DNA of 64,000 nt from an actinobacterium acAMD-2 (GTDB lineage Bacteria > Actinomycetota > Actinomycetes > UBA12327), in NCBI GenBank assembly GCA_000754455.1, contig JNSE01000031.1, positions 29,988 to 93,987 on the forward strand. The letters are read 5' to 3'. Positions 35,553-46,214 of the stretch are shown piece after piece. The notes under the pieces were generated by a model. It was not told where the DNA came from. It worked only from the letters and a program-made list of their open reading frames with translations, and searched no databases. Made by a program: the position numbers and the translations under genes. The first letter of the stretch is position 1. Each line of letters starts with the position of its first letter.

Positions 35553-37400
35553 CTATTCGACGGTGACGGACTTAGCCAGGTTGCGTGGCTGGTCCACATC
35601 AAATCCCTTGGCAGTGGCTAGAGCACACGCAAACACTTGTAACGGGACCACGGCCAAAATGGGCTGCATCAAAGTAGGCACCGCAGGAATACGGATCAAG
35701 ACATCGGCGTAGGGCTCGACATCGGTATCGCCTTCCTCTGCGATCACGATCATGCGCGCACCGCGAGCCCGGACTTCCTGAATGTTGGAAATGACCTTGT
35801 CGTGCAAGATGCTGCGTCCACGCGGTGAAGGAACAATGGCAACAACCGGCATGCCCTCTTCCAACAAGGCAATGGGCCCGTGCTTGAGTTCGCCGGCGGC
35901 AAAGCCTTCTGCATGCATGTAGGCCAATTCCTTGACCTTTAACGCACCCTCAAGTGCAACGGGATAGCCCACGTGCCGACCGATGAACAACACGGTCTGG
36001 GCGTCGGCCATCGATGCAGCCATTTCCCGTACCGGCTCCATCGTGGTGAGCAGTTCTTCAATCTTGCTTGGCATTTGAGCCAGCTGTTCGACGTGGTGAC
36101 GGATTTCCTCGCCCCACTTCGTGCCGCGTACCTGCGCTAGGTACAAAGCCACAAGGTGCACTGCGACAACTTGAGTTAAGAACGCCTTTGTTGATGCCAC
36201 AGCGATTTCAGGTCCCGCATGCGTGTACACCACGGCATCAGATTCGCGCGGAATGGTCGAGCCGTTGACATTGCACACAGCCAATACGCGCGCACCTTGT
36301 TCACGGGCATGGCGAAGCGCCATCAACGTGTCCATCGTTTCACCCGATTGCGAGATCGCGATGACCAAAGTGTCTCGCGTGAGGATTGGATCGCGATAAC
36401 GAAACTCACTGGCCAGTTCAATTTCACACGGGATGCGCGTCCAGTGCTCAATCGCATATTTGGCGATCATCCCCGCGTGATACGCAGTGCCACAGGCAAT
36501 CAAAACAATTTTGTCCACGCTGCGCAGATCATCATCCGACAGTCGCATCTCGTCGAGAACCAATAGGCCGTCATCGTTAATGCGCCCCAACAAAGTGTCG
36601 GCCACAGCTTGCGGCTGTTCGGCGATCTCCTTGAGCATGAAATAGTCGTAGCCGCCCTTTTCGGCGGCCTCCGCATCCCACGTCACTTCATATTCCGTGA
36701 TCTGGGCGGGCGTTCCGTCAAAGTTGGTCACGGTGATGGAGTCGGTGCGTAGTTCGACGACTTGGTCTTGGCCCAATTCGATGGCCTTGCGGGTATAGCC
36801 AATAAACGCCGACACGTCACTGCCGAGGAAGTTCTCGTTGTCACCGCGTCCAACGACCAGAGGCGAGTTGCGTCGAGCCCCCACCACTACTCCCGGCTCG
36901 TCAGCATGAATCGCCACCAAAGTGAAGGCACCGTCTAAGCGGCGACAGACCACGCGCATGGCTTCGGCCAAACCTGTTGCGGGGTCATAAACCGAATCCA
37001 GCAAGTGAGCGACGACTTCGGTGTCAGTTTCAGATTGGAATTCGTAATCCGCATCTTCTAACTCAGCCCGCAAGCGGGCAAAGTTTTCAATGATGCCGTT
37101 GTGCACCACGGCGATTGATTGCGCGCGCGTTAGGTGTGGGTGGGCATTGCGATCATTGGGGGCACCATGCGTAGCCCATCGGGTGTGACCAATCCCGGTG
37201 CCAGAAGCTGGAAGTGCGCTCTCAGAAAGTGCGGTTTCGAGCTGCACCAGCTTGCCCGCACGCTTCGCAGATGCCACGGTGCCTTCGGTAACGACAGCGA
37301 TTCCCGCCGAGTCATACCCACGGTATTCCAGTCGACGCAAACCTTCGAGGACAACGTCGTCTGCACGCAGCGAACCGACGTATCCAACAATCCCGCACAT
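35553..37400 (-). CDS. glmS: glutamine--fructose-6-phosphate aminotransferase
   Basis: 615 aa: MCGIVGYVG... and C-terminal ...LAKSVTVE. Confidence 0.95.
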   Translation of the reverse strand: MCGIVGYVGSLRADDVVLEGLRRLEYRGYDSAGIAVVTEGTVASAKRAGKLVQLETALSESALPASGTGIGHTRWATHGAPNDRNAHPHLTRAQSIAVVHNGIIENFARLRAELEDADYEFQSETDTEVVAHLLDSVYDPATGLAEAMRVVCRRLDGAFTLVAIHADEPGVVVGARRNSPLVVGRGDNENFLGSDVSAFIGYTRKAIELGQDQVVELRTDSITVTNFDGTPAQITEYEVTWDAEAAEKGGYDYFMLKEIAEQPQAVADTLLGRINDDGLLVLDEMRLSDDDLRSVDKIVLIACGTAYHAGMIAKYAIEHWTRIPCEIELASEFRYRDPILTRDTLVIAISQSGETMDTLMALRHAREQGARVLAVCNVNGSTIPRESDAVVYTHAGPEIAVASTKAFLTQVVAVHLVALYLAQVRGTKWGEEIRHHVEQLAQMPSKIEELLTTMEPVREMAASMADAQTVLFIGRHVGYPVALEGALKVKELAYMHAEGFAAGELKHGPIALLEEGMPVVAIVPSPRGRSILHDKVISNIQEVRARGARMIVIAEEGDTDVEPYADVLIRIPAVPTLMQPILAVVPLQVFACALATAKGFDVDQPRNLAKSVTVE

Positions 37401-37409
37401 ACCCTCAGC

Positions 37410-38741
37410 CTAGAGGGCGAGGGCGGAAGAAACGTGTGCGGCTAATCGCTGCGCGATATTTTCTGCCTCGTCTGCAGTTGCGGCTTCCACCATGACCCGA
37501 ATAACGGGCTCAGTTCCACTAGGGCGCAGCAAGACCCGTCCCGAACCTGCCAATTCGGCTTCCGCCACAGCAACAGCCGCTGCAACGTCGGCATTGTTGG
37601 CCAGTCCAGCGCGGTCTACCCCTGGGACATTGATCAGGACCTGTGGCAGGGATTGAACGACACCAGCAAGCTCAGCCAAAGACTTTCCCGTGATTGACAG
37701 CTGTGCCAACAAATGAATCGCCGTCAAGATTCCGTCGCCTGTGGTAGAAAAATCACTCATCACCACGTGGCCAGACTGTTCACCACCGAGGTTAAAACCA
37801 CCAGCTCGCATGTGTTCAAGAACGTATCGATCGCCAACGGCGGTTTCCGCCATCGAGATACCGGCTTGGTCAAGAGCAATCTTTAAGCCAATGTTGCTCA
37901 TGACGGTGGCCACTAACGTGTTGTGGGCCAAGGAGCCAGCCTTGCTCATCGCCAGCGCCAAAATCCCCATGATGTGATCGCCGTCAATCAATGCTCCGGT
38001 CGCATCAACGGCTAAACAACGATCGGCATCTCCATCGTGCGCGATGCCAGCGTCAGCTCCGTGCTCAAGAACGGCAGCTTGCAGCGCCTCTGGGTGGGTC
38101 GAACCACAGTTGTCATTAATGGACCAGCCATCGAGTTGGTCAGACAGCACCACCACCTCCGCGCCAAGGGCGCGCAGAGTTTGGGGACCAACAGCCGAGG
38201 CCGAGCCGTTGGCGCAATCGACGACAACGCGCAGCCCATCAAGACGCGCTGGCACGGTTGCGACCAAGTGATCGACATAGGTTTGGGCGGCCGTCAGATC
38301 TTCACGCACCCGGCCAACTTTTTCCCCTACCGGGAGCGAAGTAGCCGCATCAAGCCCAGCCTCAATGGCATCTTCTTGTTCATCGGTGAGCTTGTCCCCA
38401 CCCGGGCCGAAGAACTTAATGCCGTTATCGGGCATCGGGTTATGGCTAGCCGACAGCATCACGCCCAGTGCCGCGCCTGTTTGCTTGGTCAGCAACGCAA
38501 CCGCAGGAGTAGGAACAACACCAATGCGAATGACATCCAGTCCTGCGCTGGCCAAACCAGCAACAACTGCTGCTTCGAGGAATTCACCGGAAGGCCGCGG
38601 GTCACGACCAACAATTGCTTGAGGCCGCTCGCCACTCGCCAACACTCGTGCCGCAGATCGACTCAAGCGCAAGGCAAGGTCAGCGGTTAGATCAACGTTG
38701 GCAAGACCACGCACACCGTCGGTTCCAAACAAACGCGCCAC
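37410..38741 (-). CDS. glmM: phosphoglucosamine mutase
   Basis: 443 aa. (GTG)[11 protein letters not shown] and active-site SASHNP. AAGGAGG SD 7 nt upstream. Confidence 0.95.
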   Translation of the reverse strand: MARLFGTDGVRGLANVDLTADLALRLSRSAARVLASGERPQAIVGRDPRPSGEFLEAAVVAGLASAGLDVIRIGVVPTPAVALLTKQTGAALGVMLSASHNPMPDNGIKFFGPGGDKLTDEQEDAIEAGLDAATSLPVGEKVGRVREDLTAAQTYVDHLVATVPARLDGLRVVVDCANGSASAVGPQTLRALGAEVVVLSDQLDGWSINDNCGSTHPEALQAAVLEHGADAGIAHDGDADRCLAVDATGALIDGDHIMGILALAMSKAGSLAHNTLVATVMSNIGLKIALDQAGISMAETAVGDRYVLEHMRAGGFNLGGEQSGHVVMSDFSTTGDGILTAIHLLAQLSITGKSLAELAGVVQSLPQVLINVPGVDRAGLANNADVAAAVAVAEAELAGSGRVLLRPSGTEPVIRVMVEAATADEAENIAQRLAAHVSSALAL

Positions 38742-38769
38742 GGTGTGCCTCCTTACTGTGTAAATGCCA

Positions 38770-38795
38770 CTGCCCCGGAGCGTAGTCCGAGGCAG
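38770..38795 (-). terminator. 10-bp hairpin between rpsI and glmM (attenuator/terminator-like, no U tract)
   Basis: Minus-strand RNA CUGCCUCGGA-CUACGC-UCCGGGGCAG pairs fully with one G.U. The same position is a C.A mismatch in plus-strand sense, which argues for function on the minus-strand transcript. Confidence 0.4.
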
Positions 38796-38821
38796 TAGTC
38801 AAGTTTGCGATATCCGCGCGA

Positions 38822-39337
38822 TTAACGCTTGGAGTATTGCGGGGCCTTGCGGGCCTTCTTCAGACCGTACTTCTTACGTTCCTTGGCACGTGGGTCACGT
38901 GTGAGGAAGCCGGCCTTCTTCAAGGTGGGTCGGTTGCCTTCAAGGTCAATTTCATTCAAGGCACGAGCAATACCCAAACGCAGGGCGCCAGCTTGGCCAG
39001 AAACGCCACCGCCACTGATGCGGGCGATCACGTCGAACTGGTTGTCGATACCCAAGATGGTGAAGGGGTCATTGACCAACTGCTGGTGAACCTTGTTGGG
39101 AAAGTATTCGGCCAATTCGCGGCCATTGACGACCCAACGACCGGTGCCAGGAACCAAACGAACGCGGGCAATGGCCTGCTTGCGACGACCGGTAGCACCG
39201 GCAGGGGCAGTGACAATTGAGCGCGGAGTCTTAGGCGCGGGGGTTTCTGACGTAAGAACGGTTTCACTACCGGAAGCATCGTCGCTGTCAATCTCGGCGT
39301 ATGCGCTGTAGTCGTTCTCGGTGGCTGGATCAGTCAC
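38822..39337 (-). CDS. rpsI: 30S ribosomal protein S9 (with acidic N-terminal extension)
   Basis: 171 aa. [17 protein letters not shown]... and C-terminal ...[11 protein letters not shown]. Confidence 0.95.
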   Translation of the reverse strand: MTDPATENDYSAYAEIDSDDASGSETVLTSETPAPKTPRSIVTAPAGATGRRKQAIARVRLVPGTGRWVVNGRELAEYFPNKVHQQLVNDPFTILGIDNQFDVIARISGGGVSGQAGALRLGIARALNEIDLEGNRPTLKKAGFLTRDPRAKERKKYGLKKARKAPQYSKR

Positions 39338-39380
39338 GCCACAGTTTCCTTTCGGTCGGTTGTGCAGTTGTCGCTAGTGA

Positions 39381-39824
39381 TTACTGCGCAACCTGAATGA
39401 TGTCGAACGTGGTGGGGTTCTGGGCGGCGTGTGGGTGCTCAGCGCCTGGGTAGACCTTGAGCTTGCCAAACTGCTGACGACCAAGCCTGGTGTGAGGAAG
39501 CATTCCCTTGACCGCCTTTTCGACGACCTTGCGTGAATCCTTTTCCAACAAGTCGGAGTACGAGGTGGCCTTCAAACCGCCGGGGAAACCCGAGTGGTGG
39601 TAAGCCTTCTTGTTCTGCAACTTCGAGCCAGTCAATGCCACTTTGTCAGCGTTGATGATGATGACAAAGTCACCCATGTCGGCATGAGGGGCGAAGGTGG
39701 GCTTGTGCTTACCGCGCAACAGGGCTGCGGCCTGCGTGGCAAGACGACCCAACACAACATCAGCGGCATCAATGACGAGCCACTGACGGTCTGCATCGCC
39801 AGGCTTTGGGCTATAGGTACGCAC
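39381..39824 (-). CDS. rplM: 50S ribosomal protein L13
   Basis: 147 aa: (GTG)[19 protein letters not shown]... Confidence 0.95.
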   Translation of the reverse strand: MRTYSPKPGDADRQWLVIDAADVVLGRLATQAAALLRGKHKPTFAPHADMGDFVIIINADKVALTGSKLQNKKAYHHSGFPGGLKATSYSDLLEKDSRKVVEKAVKGMLPHTRLGRQQFGKLKVYPGAEHPHAAQNPTTFDIIQVAQ

Positions 39825-39899
39825 GGGACTGCCTTCACTTTCACATTGAACGGGTACTCGCCCCAGTGGGGGAAGGGTTAAAGGGTACCTGCCACGCCT

Positions 39900-39936
39900 C
39901 TAGGCACAGCCAGCGGGTCGGCGCCCTGGCTCCTAG
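39900..39936 (-). terminator. interrupted 11-bp hairpin overlapping the truA stop codon
   Basis: CTAGG(CAC)AGCCAG-N12-CTGGCTCCTAG read in sequence. It separates truA from the rplM-rpsI unit. Confidence 0.35.
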
Positions 39937-40808
39937 GCGCGCCGGCGACGGGTTCGCTCAGCCTGAGCCGGCAGATCCTCATCGGGTGGGTAAACGATCT
40001 CCTCAAGGGTCAATCCCAGGGCTGGAGCCACCTGAATCGCGGCCGTGCGCTCTAGGGCTTCGGCGGTCCTGGTGATCCAGGCTGGCTCATGCCTGCCCTG
40101 ACCCACATCCAGCAGGGCTCCCACGATCGATCGCACCATGGAGTGGCAGAACGCATCGGCCTCCACGGTGGCCACGACCAAACCATCGTCGGTTCGCGAA
40201 AAACTGCACCGAATCAACGTTCGAATAGTTGTGGCGCGCTCGCGCTTGCGACAAAACGAGGCAAAGTCACGAAGGCCCACGAGCAATGACGCTGCTTCAT
40301 TCATTTGCGCGACATTGAGGGGGCCCTTAACCAAGACGACATCGTGGCGACGTAGCGGATCATATTTTTTCAGATCATCACAGAGTCGATAACGATAGAC
40401 CCGAGACAACGGTGAAAAGCGTGCATCAAAACCAGGTGCAGCCGCCGCTACTGAATGGATGAGCACATCGTCATCAAGAATGCCGTTTAAGCGGCGCAGC
40501 ACATCTTCTGGCGTAGTCCTGTTCCACAGTTCAGCCGGCAGGTCAACATGCGCTACTTGTCCTCGCGCATGAACGCCTGCATCTGTTCGGCCAGCAACAG
40601 TCAAACGCAGCGGGCCATCAACTCGCAATACCGTCGCAAGGGCAGCTTCAACTTCGCCTTGGACGGTGCGCAGGTCGCTACCCTCCTGAATCGCCCAACC
40701 AGTGAAGTCCGTTCCGTCATACGCCAAGTCCAAGCGCACACGAATGAGCCCGCCAACTCCTTGCGAAGTAGCGGGCTCATCCATGATGTCTGGTGACACG
40801 TCGATCAC
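39933..40808 (-). CDS. truA: tRNA pseudouridine(38-40) synthase
   Basis: 291 aa. [12 protein letters not shown] and catalytic GRTDAGVHA motif. ATGA overlap with rplQ. Confidence 0.9.
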   Translation of the reverse strand: MIDVSPDIMDEPATSQGVGGLIRVRLDLAYDGTDFTGWAIQEGSDLRTVQGEVEAALATVLRVDGPLRLTVAGRTDAGVHARGQVAHVDLPAELWNRTTPEDVLRRLNGILDDDVLIHSVAAAAPGFDARFSPLSRVYRYRLCDDLKKYDPLRRHDVVLVKGPLNVAQMNEAASLLVGLRDFASFCRKRERATTIRTLIRCSFSRTDDGLVVATVEADAFCHSMVRSIVGALLDVGQGRHEPAWITRTAEALERTAAIQVAPALGLTLEEIVYPPDEDLPAQAERTRRRRA

Positions 40809-41410
40809 TCGTCCGTGGCGTCGCCTTCAGCTGCAACCTCTTCGGTCGCAACCTCTTCAGCAGCAACCTCGTCAGTTGCAACCTCTTCCGCTGCGACCTC
40901 TTCAGTAGCAACCTCGTCGGTAACAACGTCATCCGCTGCTACTTCTTCAACGACTTCCTCGGTCACTACGGGAGCGGCTGCAGAGGCAGCATTTTCCTTC
41001 GCGGAACGCTTGGTGGCGGCTTCGGCCTCGAGCAGAGTCTTCTGCTGTTCGGTCATGGCCTCGACCAATTCGATCACTGCCATCTTCGCGTTGTCGCCCT
41101 TACGGGGAGCAAGCTTGATGATGCGGGTGTAACCACCCTCGCGGTGCTCGAAGCGCGGACCGATTTCAGCAAACAAGGTGTGAACAACATCCTTGTCGCG
41201 AACAACGGTCAACACGCGACGACGCGCGTGCAGGTCACCACGCTTGGCGAACGTGATCAAACGCTCGGCCAACGGGCGAAGTCGCTTGGCCTTGGCTTCT
41301 GTGGTGGTAATCCGGCCGTGCTCGAACAACGCGGTGGCCAGGTTGGCCAGCATGAGTCGTTCGTGAGCTGGGCCGCCGCCCAGACGCGGACCCTTGGTGG
41401 GGGTAGGCAT
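40805..41410 (-). CDS. rplQ: 50S ribosomal protein L17 with long acidic C-terminal tail
   Basis: 201 aa. [25 protein letters not shown]..., then about 60 aa of E/V/A/T/D low-complexity sequence. Confidence 0.9.
   Translation of the reverse strand: MPTPTKGPRLGGGPAHERLMLANLATALFEHGRITTTEAKAKRLRPLAERLITFAKRGDLHARRRVLTVVRDKDVVHTLFAEIGPRFEHREGGYTRIIKLAPRKGDNAKMAVIELVEAMTEQQKTLLEAEAATKRSAKENAASAAAPVVTEEVVEEVAADDVVTDEVATEEVAAEEVATDEVAAEEVATEEVAAEGDATDE
40830..40949 (-). repeat. in-frame 15-bp tandem repeat, 8 units (6 well conserved), encoding the (E/D)EVA(A/T) pentapeptide tail of L17
   Basis: Plus-strand units: gctgcaacctcttcg / gtcgcaacctcttca / gcagcaacctcgtca / gttgcaacctcttcc / gctgcgacctcttca / gtagcaacctcgtcg / gtaacaacgtcatcc / gctgctacttcttca. 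Confidence 0.9.
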
Positions 41411-41462
41411 TTTCTTTGCACTCCTTGTTAGGGGGCATCAACGAGGTGTTGACGCAACCGGA

Positions 41463-42515
41463 TTACAGCTCTTCAGTCTCGGGTTCTGCATCGACGAAGG
41501 GATCAACGTCAACAGCAATTTCGTCTTCGTCCTCGTCATCGGCGTAGTCACGCACGATCGATGCTGGATCAAATCCAGGAGGCGAATCCTTCAGCGCCAA
41601 GCCGAACTCAATGAGCTTGGCCTTGACTTCATCGATGGACTTTTGTCCGAAGTTGCGGATGTCTCCCAGTTCGGCCTCACTGCGGGTCACGAGTTCACCC
41701 ACGGTGTGAATGCCCTCGCGCTTGAGGCAGTTGTAGGAGCGAACCGAGAGGTTCATCTCTTCAACTGGCATGGTCAGCTGCTCAGCGAAGACCGTGTCCT
41801 GCGGAGAGGGGCCGATTTCGACACCCTCTGCATCCACATTGAGTTCACGGGCCAAGCCGAACAGTTCAACCAACGTCTTGCCAGCTGATGCCACTGCATC
41901 TGCGGGGCGCATCGACGACTTGGTTTCAACATCAACCACGAGACGGTCGAAGTCCGTGCGCTGTTCAACACGCGTGGCTTCAACCTTGTAGGTGACCTTG
42001 AGAACGGGTGAGTAGATGGAGTCAACCGGAATGCGTCCGATTTCGTCATCCACGCCCTTGTTCTGCACCGAGGAAACGTAGCCACGGCCACGCTCGACGG
42101 TGAATTCAATTTCCAACTTGCCTTTGCCATTCAACGTAGCGATGTGAAGTTCAGGGTTGTGAACTTCAACGCCAGCAGGCGGAGCAATGTCAGCAGCAGT
42201 AACGGCACCTGGACCTTGCTTGCGCAAGTACATAACAACCGGCTCGTCGTTGTCGCTGGAGACAACCAATCCCTTGATGTTCAAGATGATGTCGGTGACA
42301 TCTTCCTTCACACCTTCAAGAGTCTGGAACTCGTGCAGGGCACCATCGATACGAATGCTGGTAACCGATGCACCAGGAATCGATGAGAGCAACGTGCGAC
42401 GAAGTGAGTTGCCAAGGGTGTAACCAAATCCAGGCTCAAGCGGCTCGATGATGAACCGTGAACGCGAACCGTCAACCACTTCTTCGGACAGCGTGGGGCG
42501 CTGGGCGATAAGCAA
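41463..42515 (-). CDS. rpoA: DNA-directed RNA polymerase alpha subunit
   Basis: 350 aa. [24 protein letters not shown], plus an acidic C-terminal extension. Confidence 0.95.
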   Translation of the reverse strand: MLIAQRPTLSEEVVDGSRSRFIIEPLEPGFGYTLGNSLRRTLLSSIPGASVTSIRIDGALHEFQTLEGVKEDVTDIILNIKGLVVSSDNDEPVVMYLRKQGPGAVTAADIAPPAGVEVHNPELHIATLNGKGKLEIEFTVERGRGYVSSVQNKGVDDEIGRIPVDSIYSPVLKVTYKVEATRVEQRTDFDRLVVDVETKSSMRPADAVASAGKTLVELFGLARELNVDAEGVEIGPSPQDTVFAEQLTMPVEEMNLSVRSYNCLKREGIHTVGELVTRSEAELGDIRNFGQKSIDEVKAKLIEFGLALKDSPPGFDPASIVRDYADDEDEDEIAVDVDPFVDAEPETEEL

Positions 42516-42605
42516 GGTATTACCTCCTGATCAGGGCATCCGCTATATGACGCCTTGGGTACTGCTTCTGCTTTGATGCGCGGTATCGGACCGCGAACCA
42601 GTGGA

Positions 42606-43232
42606 TTACTTGGAGTAGAGCTCGACGATCAGCTGTTCTTGCACCTGAGTGTCGATGATTTCGCGCTTAGGCAGGTTGTGAACCAGGATGCGCATGCGGC
42701 TAGGAATGGCTTCAATCCACGCCGGCACGGTGCGCTCGCCAGCTTCGGCCCGAGCAACAACGAATGGGGTCAAGTCAACCGAGCTCGGACGTACATCAAT
42801 GATGTCGTTTTCGCTTACGCGGAAGGACGGGATGTCGACCTTCTTGCCGTTGACGATGATGTGGCCGTGACGCACGAGTTGACGTGCCATGTCGCGCGAC
42901 TTGGCAAAGCCCGCACGGTAGACAACGTTGTCCAAACGCGATTCGAGGATGACCAACAAGTTTTCACCGGTCTTGCCGGCTTGACGGTTGGCTTCTTCGT
43001 AGTAGCCACGGAACTGCTTCTCGAGCACACCGTAGATACGTGCAGCCTTCTGCTTTTCACGCATCTGCAACAGGTACTCAGAGTCCTTGGTGCGACCGCG
43101 ACCGTGCTGGCCGGGTGGGTAAGGACGGATCTCAATGGGGCACTTAGGTGATTCACACTTCGAGCCCTTGAGGAACAACTTGGTCTTTTCGCGACGGCAA
43201 CGCTTGCAGTCGGGTCCGGTATAACGAGCCAT
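42606..43232 (-). CDS. rpsD: 30S ribosomal protein S4
   Basis: 208 aa: [23 protein letters not shown]... Confidence 0.95.
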   Translation of the reverse strand: MARYTGPDCKRCRREKTKLFLKGSKCESPKCPIEIRPYPPGQHGRGRTKDSEYLLQMREKQKAARIYGVLEKQFRGYYEEANRQAGKTGENLLVILESRLDNVVYRAGFAKSRDMARQLVRHGHIIVNGKKVDIPSFRVSENDIIDVRPSSVDLTPFVVARAEAGERTVPAWIEAIPSRMRILVHNLPKREIIDTQVQEQLIVELYSK

Positions 43233-43252
43233 TTTTTATCTCTCCTCGGGCT

Positions 43253-43657
43253 TCAGACGCGTCGGCGCTTAGATGGGCGGCAGCCGTTGTGCGGGCTGGG
43301 CGTCACATCTTGGATAGCGCCGACCTCCAGGCCCGTGGCCTGCAGGGAACGGATGGCGGTCTCGCGGCCGGAGCCGGGACCCTTAACAAAAACATCAACC
43401 TTCTTCATGCCGTGTTCCATTGCTCGGCGAGCAGCAGCTTCAGCAGCCATCTGCGCGGCGAACGGGGTTGACTTACGTGATCCCTTGAAACCAACTTGGC
43501 CAGCAGAGGCCCAAGCAATCACTGCACCTGTGGGGTCAGTGATGGACACGATCGTGTTGTTGAACGTTGACTTGATGTGAGCATGACCCACAGCCACGTT
43601 CTTCTTTTCCTTGCGGCGCACCTTCTTAGCGGCGGCGCTGCCTTTCTTGGGGGGCAT
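43253..43657 (-). CDS. rpsK: 30S ribosomal protein S11
   Basis: 134 aa: ...[21 protein letters not shown]... Confidence 0.95.
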   Translation of the reverse strand: MPPKKGSAAAKKVRRKEKKNVAVGHAHIKSTFNNTIVSITDPTGAVIAWASAGQVGFKGSRKSTPFAAQMAAEAAARRAMEHGMKKVDVFVKGPGSGRETAIRSLQATGLEVGAIQDVTPSPHNGCRPSKRRRV

Positions 43658-43717
43658 TTGTCAAAATCTCCTGTAGATCGAGAGTGTTCCGTTGCGCGGA
43701 TGCGCACGGCGGCTGGC

Positions 43718-44095
43718 TTACTTGCCGACCTTCTTCTTGCCGGCCACGGTCTTACGCGGTCCCTTACGGGTACGCGCATTCGTGTGAGTGCGTTGTCCAC
43801 GCACGGGCATGCCACGACGGTGGCGGATGCCCTGGTAGCAGCCAATCTCGACCTTGCGGCGAATGTCTGCGGCGATTTCACGGCGCAGGTCACCCTCGGT
43901 CTTGAAGTTGCCTTCGAGGTAGTCGCGCAACTTCACCAAGTCTTCATCGGTGAGGTCTTTCACGCGGGTATTGACATCAATACCGGTTGCCTTCAGTGCT
44001 TCTTGGGACCGCGTACGGCCCACACCAAAGATGTAGGTAAGAGCGATCTCTACTCGCTTGTCGCGAGGAAGATCGACACCAAGTAAACGTGCCAT
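43718..44095 (-). CDS. rpsM: 30S ribosomal protein S13
   Basis: ORF 43718-44176. The ATG at 44095 gives the canonical [24 protein letters not shown]. Confidence 0.95.
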   Translation of the reverse strand: MARLLGVDLPRDKRVEIALTYIFGVGRTRSQEALKATGIDVNTRVKDLTDEDLVKLRDYLEGNFKTEGDLRREIAADIRRKVEIGCYQGIRHRRGMPVRGQRTHTNARTRKGPRKTVAGKKKVGK

Positions 44096-44270
44096 GTGGC
44101 AGGAACTCCTGTCATTCCAGAGGTCGTGTGCAGTAACCGTTCTCTCGCGAAGCGAAAGTCCTCGGCCTCTGACCAAGGGTGGCGTCCTGAATATTCAGGG
44201 GGCGGGTTACCGCAAGGGCGGCATTTCTTCAAAGTATGAAATTGTGGGGAAGCATCACGCAGAAGTAGAT

Positions 44271-44384
44271 CTAGCCCTGGCGTTGCTTGTGACGGGGGTT
44301 TTCGCAAATCACCATCACACGACCATGACGACGAATGACCTTGCACTTGTCGCAGATCGCTTTAACGCTCGGATTGACCTTCAT
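44271..44384 (-). CDS. rpmJ: 50S ribosomal protein L36 (Zn-ribbon C+ form)
   Basis: Below the ORF-track length cutoff. My translation: [37 protein letters not shown]. Confidence 0.9.
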   Translation of the reverse strand: MKVNPSVKAICDKCKVIRRHGRVMVICENPRHKQRQG

Positions 44385-44402
44385 CACTTCTCCGTTAGAG
44401 GG

Positions 44403-44624
44403 TTACTTGTACCGGTACACGATGCGACCTCGGTTGAGGTCGTATGGAGATAGCTCCACCACTACCCGGTCCTGAGGCAGGATTCGGATGTAGTGCTGGC
44501 GCATCTTTCCGCTGATGTGCGCAAGTACCTTGTGGCCGTTGTCAAGCTCCACCCGAAACATTGCATTCGGGAGAGACTCCACGATGGTGCCCTCGATTTC
44601 GATGGCGCCCTCTTTTTTGGCCAC
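44403..44624 (-). CDS. infA: translation initiation factor IF-1
   Basis: 73 aa: (GTG)[41 protein letters not shown]... Confidence 0.95.
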   Translation of the reverse strand: MAKKEGAIEIEGTIVESLPNAMFRVELDNGHKVLAHISGKMRQHYIRILPQDRVVVELSPYDLNRGRIVYRYK

Positions 44625-44871
44625 GCAGAAAACAACCTCACGCTAGATCATTGGGTCATGAACCGTTCGAACTAATCTCACAGCACGCATCGTCACATCC
44701 CGAAAGTTAAAGGGAACTTCGAGACAGCCGCGGACGGATGGCCGTACTGGTCGTTAGACCGAACCCAAATCTTACGAGAAGGCACATTTGACGCCTGCAC
44801 CGCCCCCAAGCGCCACCTGAAATCTCCTCGGCCACAGGTGTCACTAGCTCCCCAGCCACCTGGCCTACCGG

Positions 44872-45642
44872 CTAAGGCAGGGTCAAGATTTGTGGCCCGC
44901 TAGGCGTAATGGCGATGGTGTGTTCCCAGTGCGAGGCCCAGGATTTATCGGCCGTAGCGACCGACCAGTCATCGTCCAAAACCACGGTTTGCGCCGAACC
45001 TAAGGTGATCATCGGTTCAAGTGCCAAAACATTGCCCACCGACAACTTCGGTCCTTTGCCACCAGGTCCGTAATTGGGAACTGCTGGATCCATGTGCATC
45101 GATGTTCCGATGCCGTGGCCGGTGTACTCGCGCAAAATGCCGTACTCCCCTGCCGCCACGATGCTGCTTTCGATCGCGTGCGAAATATCCGACAACTTCG
45201 CACCCGCAACCATCGCTGTAATTCCTGCATCCAACGATTCCTTACACACGCGTGAGAGTTCTCGGTGCTGATCAGTCACGGTTCCCACCTCAACCGTGAT
45301 CGCAGCATCTCCATGCCAACCGTCAACAATGGCACCACAGTCAATTGACAACAAGTCGCCATCACGCAGCACTTGATCGCTGGGAATTCCGTGCACCACC
45401 ACGTGATTGACAGACGTACAAATCACCGCTGGAAATGGCGGAAAGCCGTAGCCCAGAAAAGATGGGATGGCGCCTCTAGTGCGAATAGATTCTTCCGCAA
45501 GTGCATTCAGCTCAGCCAAACTGACACCAGGTTGCGCGGCCTCGCGCAGGATCTCCAGAGTTTGCCCAACAACAGCGCCAGCTTTGCGCATCAAGGCAAT
45601 CTGATCGTTTGACTTAACGTCAATGCGCTGAAGGAAAGACAT
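44872..45642 (-). CDS. map: type I methionine aminopeptidase
   Basis: 256 aa. Metal-ligand context DGDLLSIDCGA...DGWHGD, HGIG and E..I motifs. Sits after adk as usual. Confidence 0.9.
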   Translation of the reverse strand: MSFLQRIDVKSNDQIALMRKAGAVVGQTLEILREAAQPGVSLAELNALAEESIRTRGAIPSFLGYGFPPFPAVICTSVNHVVVHGIPSDQVLRDGDLLSIDCGAIVDGWHGDAAITVEVGTVTDQHRELSRVCKESLDAGITAMVAGAKLSDISHAIESSIVAAGEYGILREYTGHGIGTSMHMDPAVPNYGPGGKGPKLSVGNVLALEPMITLGSAQTVVLDDDWSVATADKSWASHWEHTIAITPSGPQILTLP

Positions 45643-45650
45643 CTAAGGAC

Positions 45651-46214
45651 TTAGGAAGCAAGCGCAGCGACGATGCGAGCGGTGATGTCTTCGATGGTGC
45701 CCACGCCATCAACACTGCGCAACAAACCGTGCTCGCGGTAATAGCCCACCAATGGCTCAGTCTGCTCGCTGTAGACATCGAGTCGACGACGGATCACCTC
45801 TTCGGTGTCATCTGCACGGCCATCCTTAACTGCCCGATCAAGCAATCGCGCAATGACGGACTCGTTGTCCACGTCAAGTTCGACAACAGCGTCCAACGCA
45901 ATATCGCCTTCAGCTAGGAGACCTTCAAGAACAATCGCCTGCTCGCGATTGCGTGGGTATCCATCAAGGAGAAAGCCCGCTTGAGCATCGGGTTGGGCCA
46001 ACCGGTCCGCCACCATGGCATTGGTGACTGAATCGGGGACAAGTTCACCAGCATTCATAAACTGTTGAGCCTGGAGACCCAACTCGGTGCCACCAGCAAC
46101 ATTGGCGCGGAAGATATCGCCCGTGGAGATATGCGGGATAGAAAGTTGTGTGGCCACGATCTGCGCCTGGGTCCCCTTGCCAGCACCAGGTGGCCCTACG
46201 AGAACCAGTCTCAC
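45651..46214 (-). CDS. adk: adenylate kinase (short-lid form)
   Basis: 187 aa: MRLVLVGPPGAGKGTQAQ... Confidence 0.9.
   Translation of the reverse strand: MRLVLVGPPGAGKGTQAQIVATQLSIPHISTGDIFRANVAGGTELGLQAQQFMNAGELVPDSVTNAMVADRLAQPDAQAGFLLDGYPRNREQAIVLEGLLAEGDIALDAVVELDVDNESVIARLLDRAVKDGRADDTEEVIRRRLDVYSEQTEPLVGYYREHGLLRSVDGVGTIEDITARIVAALAS

Noticed and set aside
39825-39932. Possible L13 (rplM) leader RNA upstream of rplM
   Set aside because: I could only find the hairpin overlapping the truA stop and a direct GTACCC repeat. Nothing matches a ribosomal leader I can recall, and the region is too short and unsupported to call.
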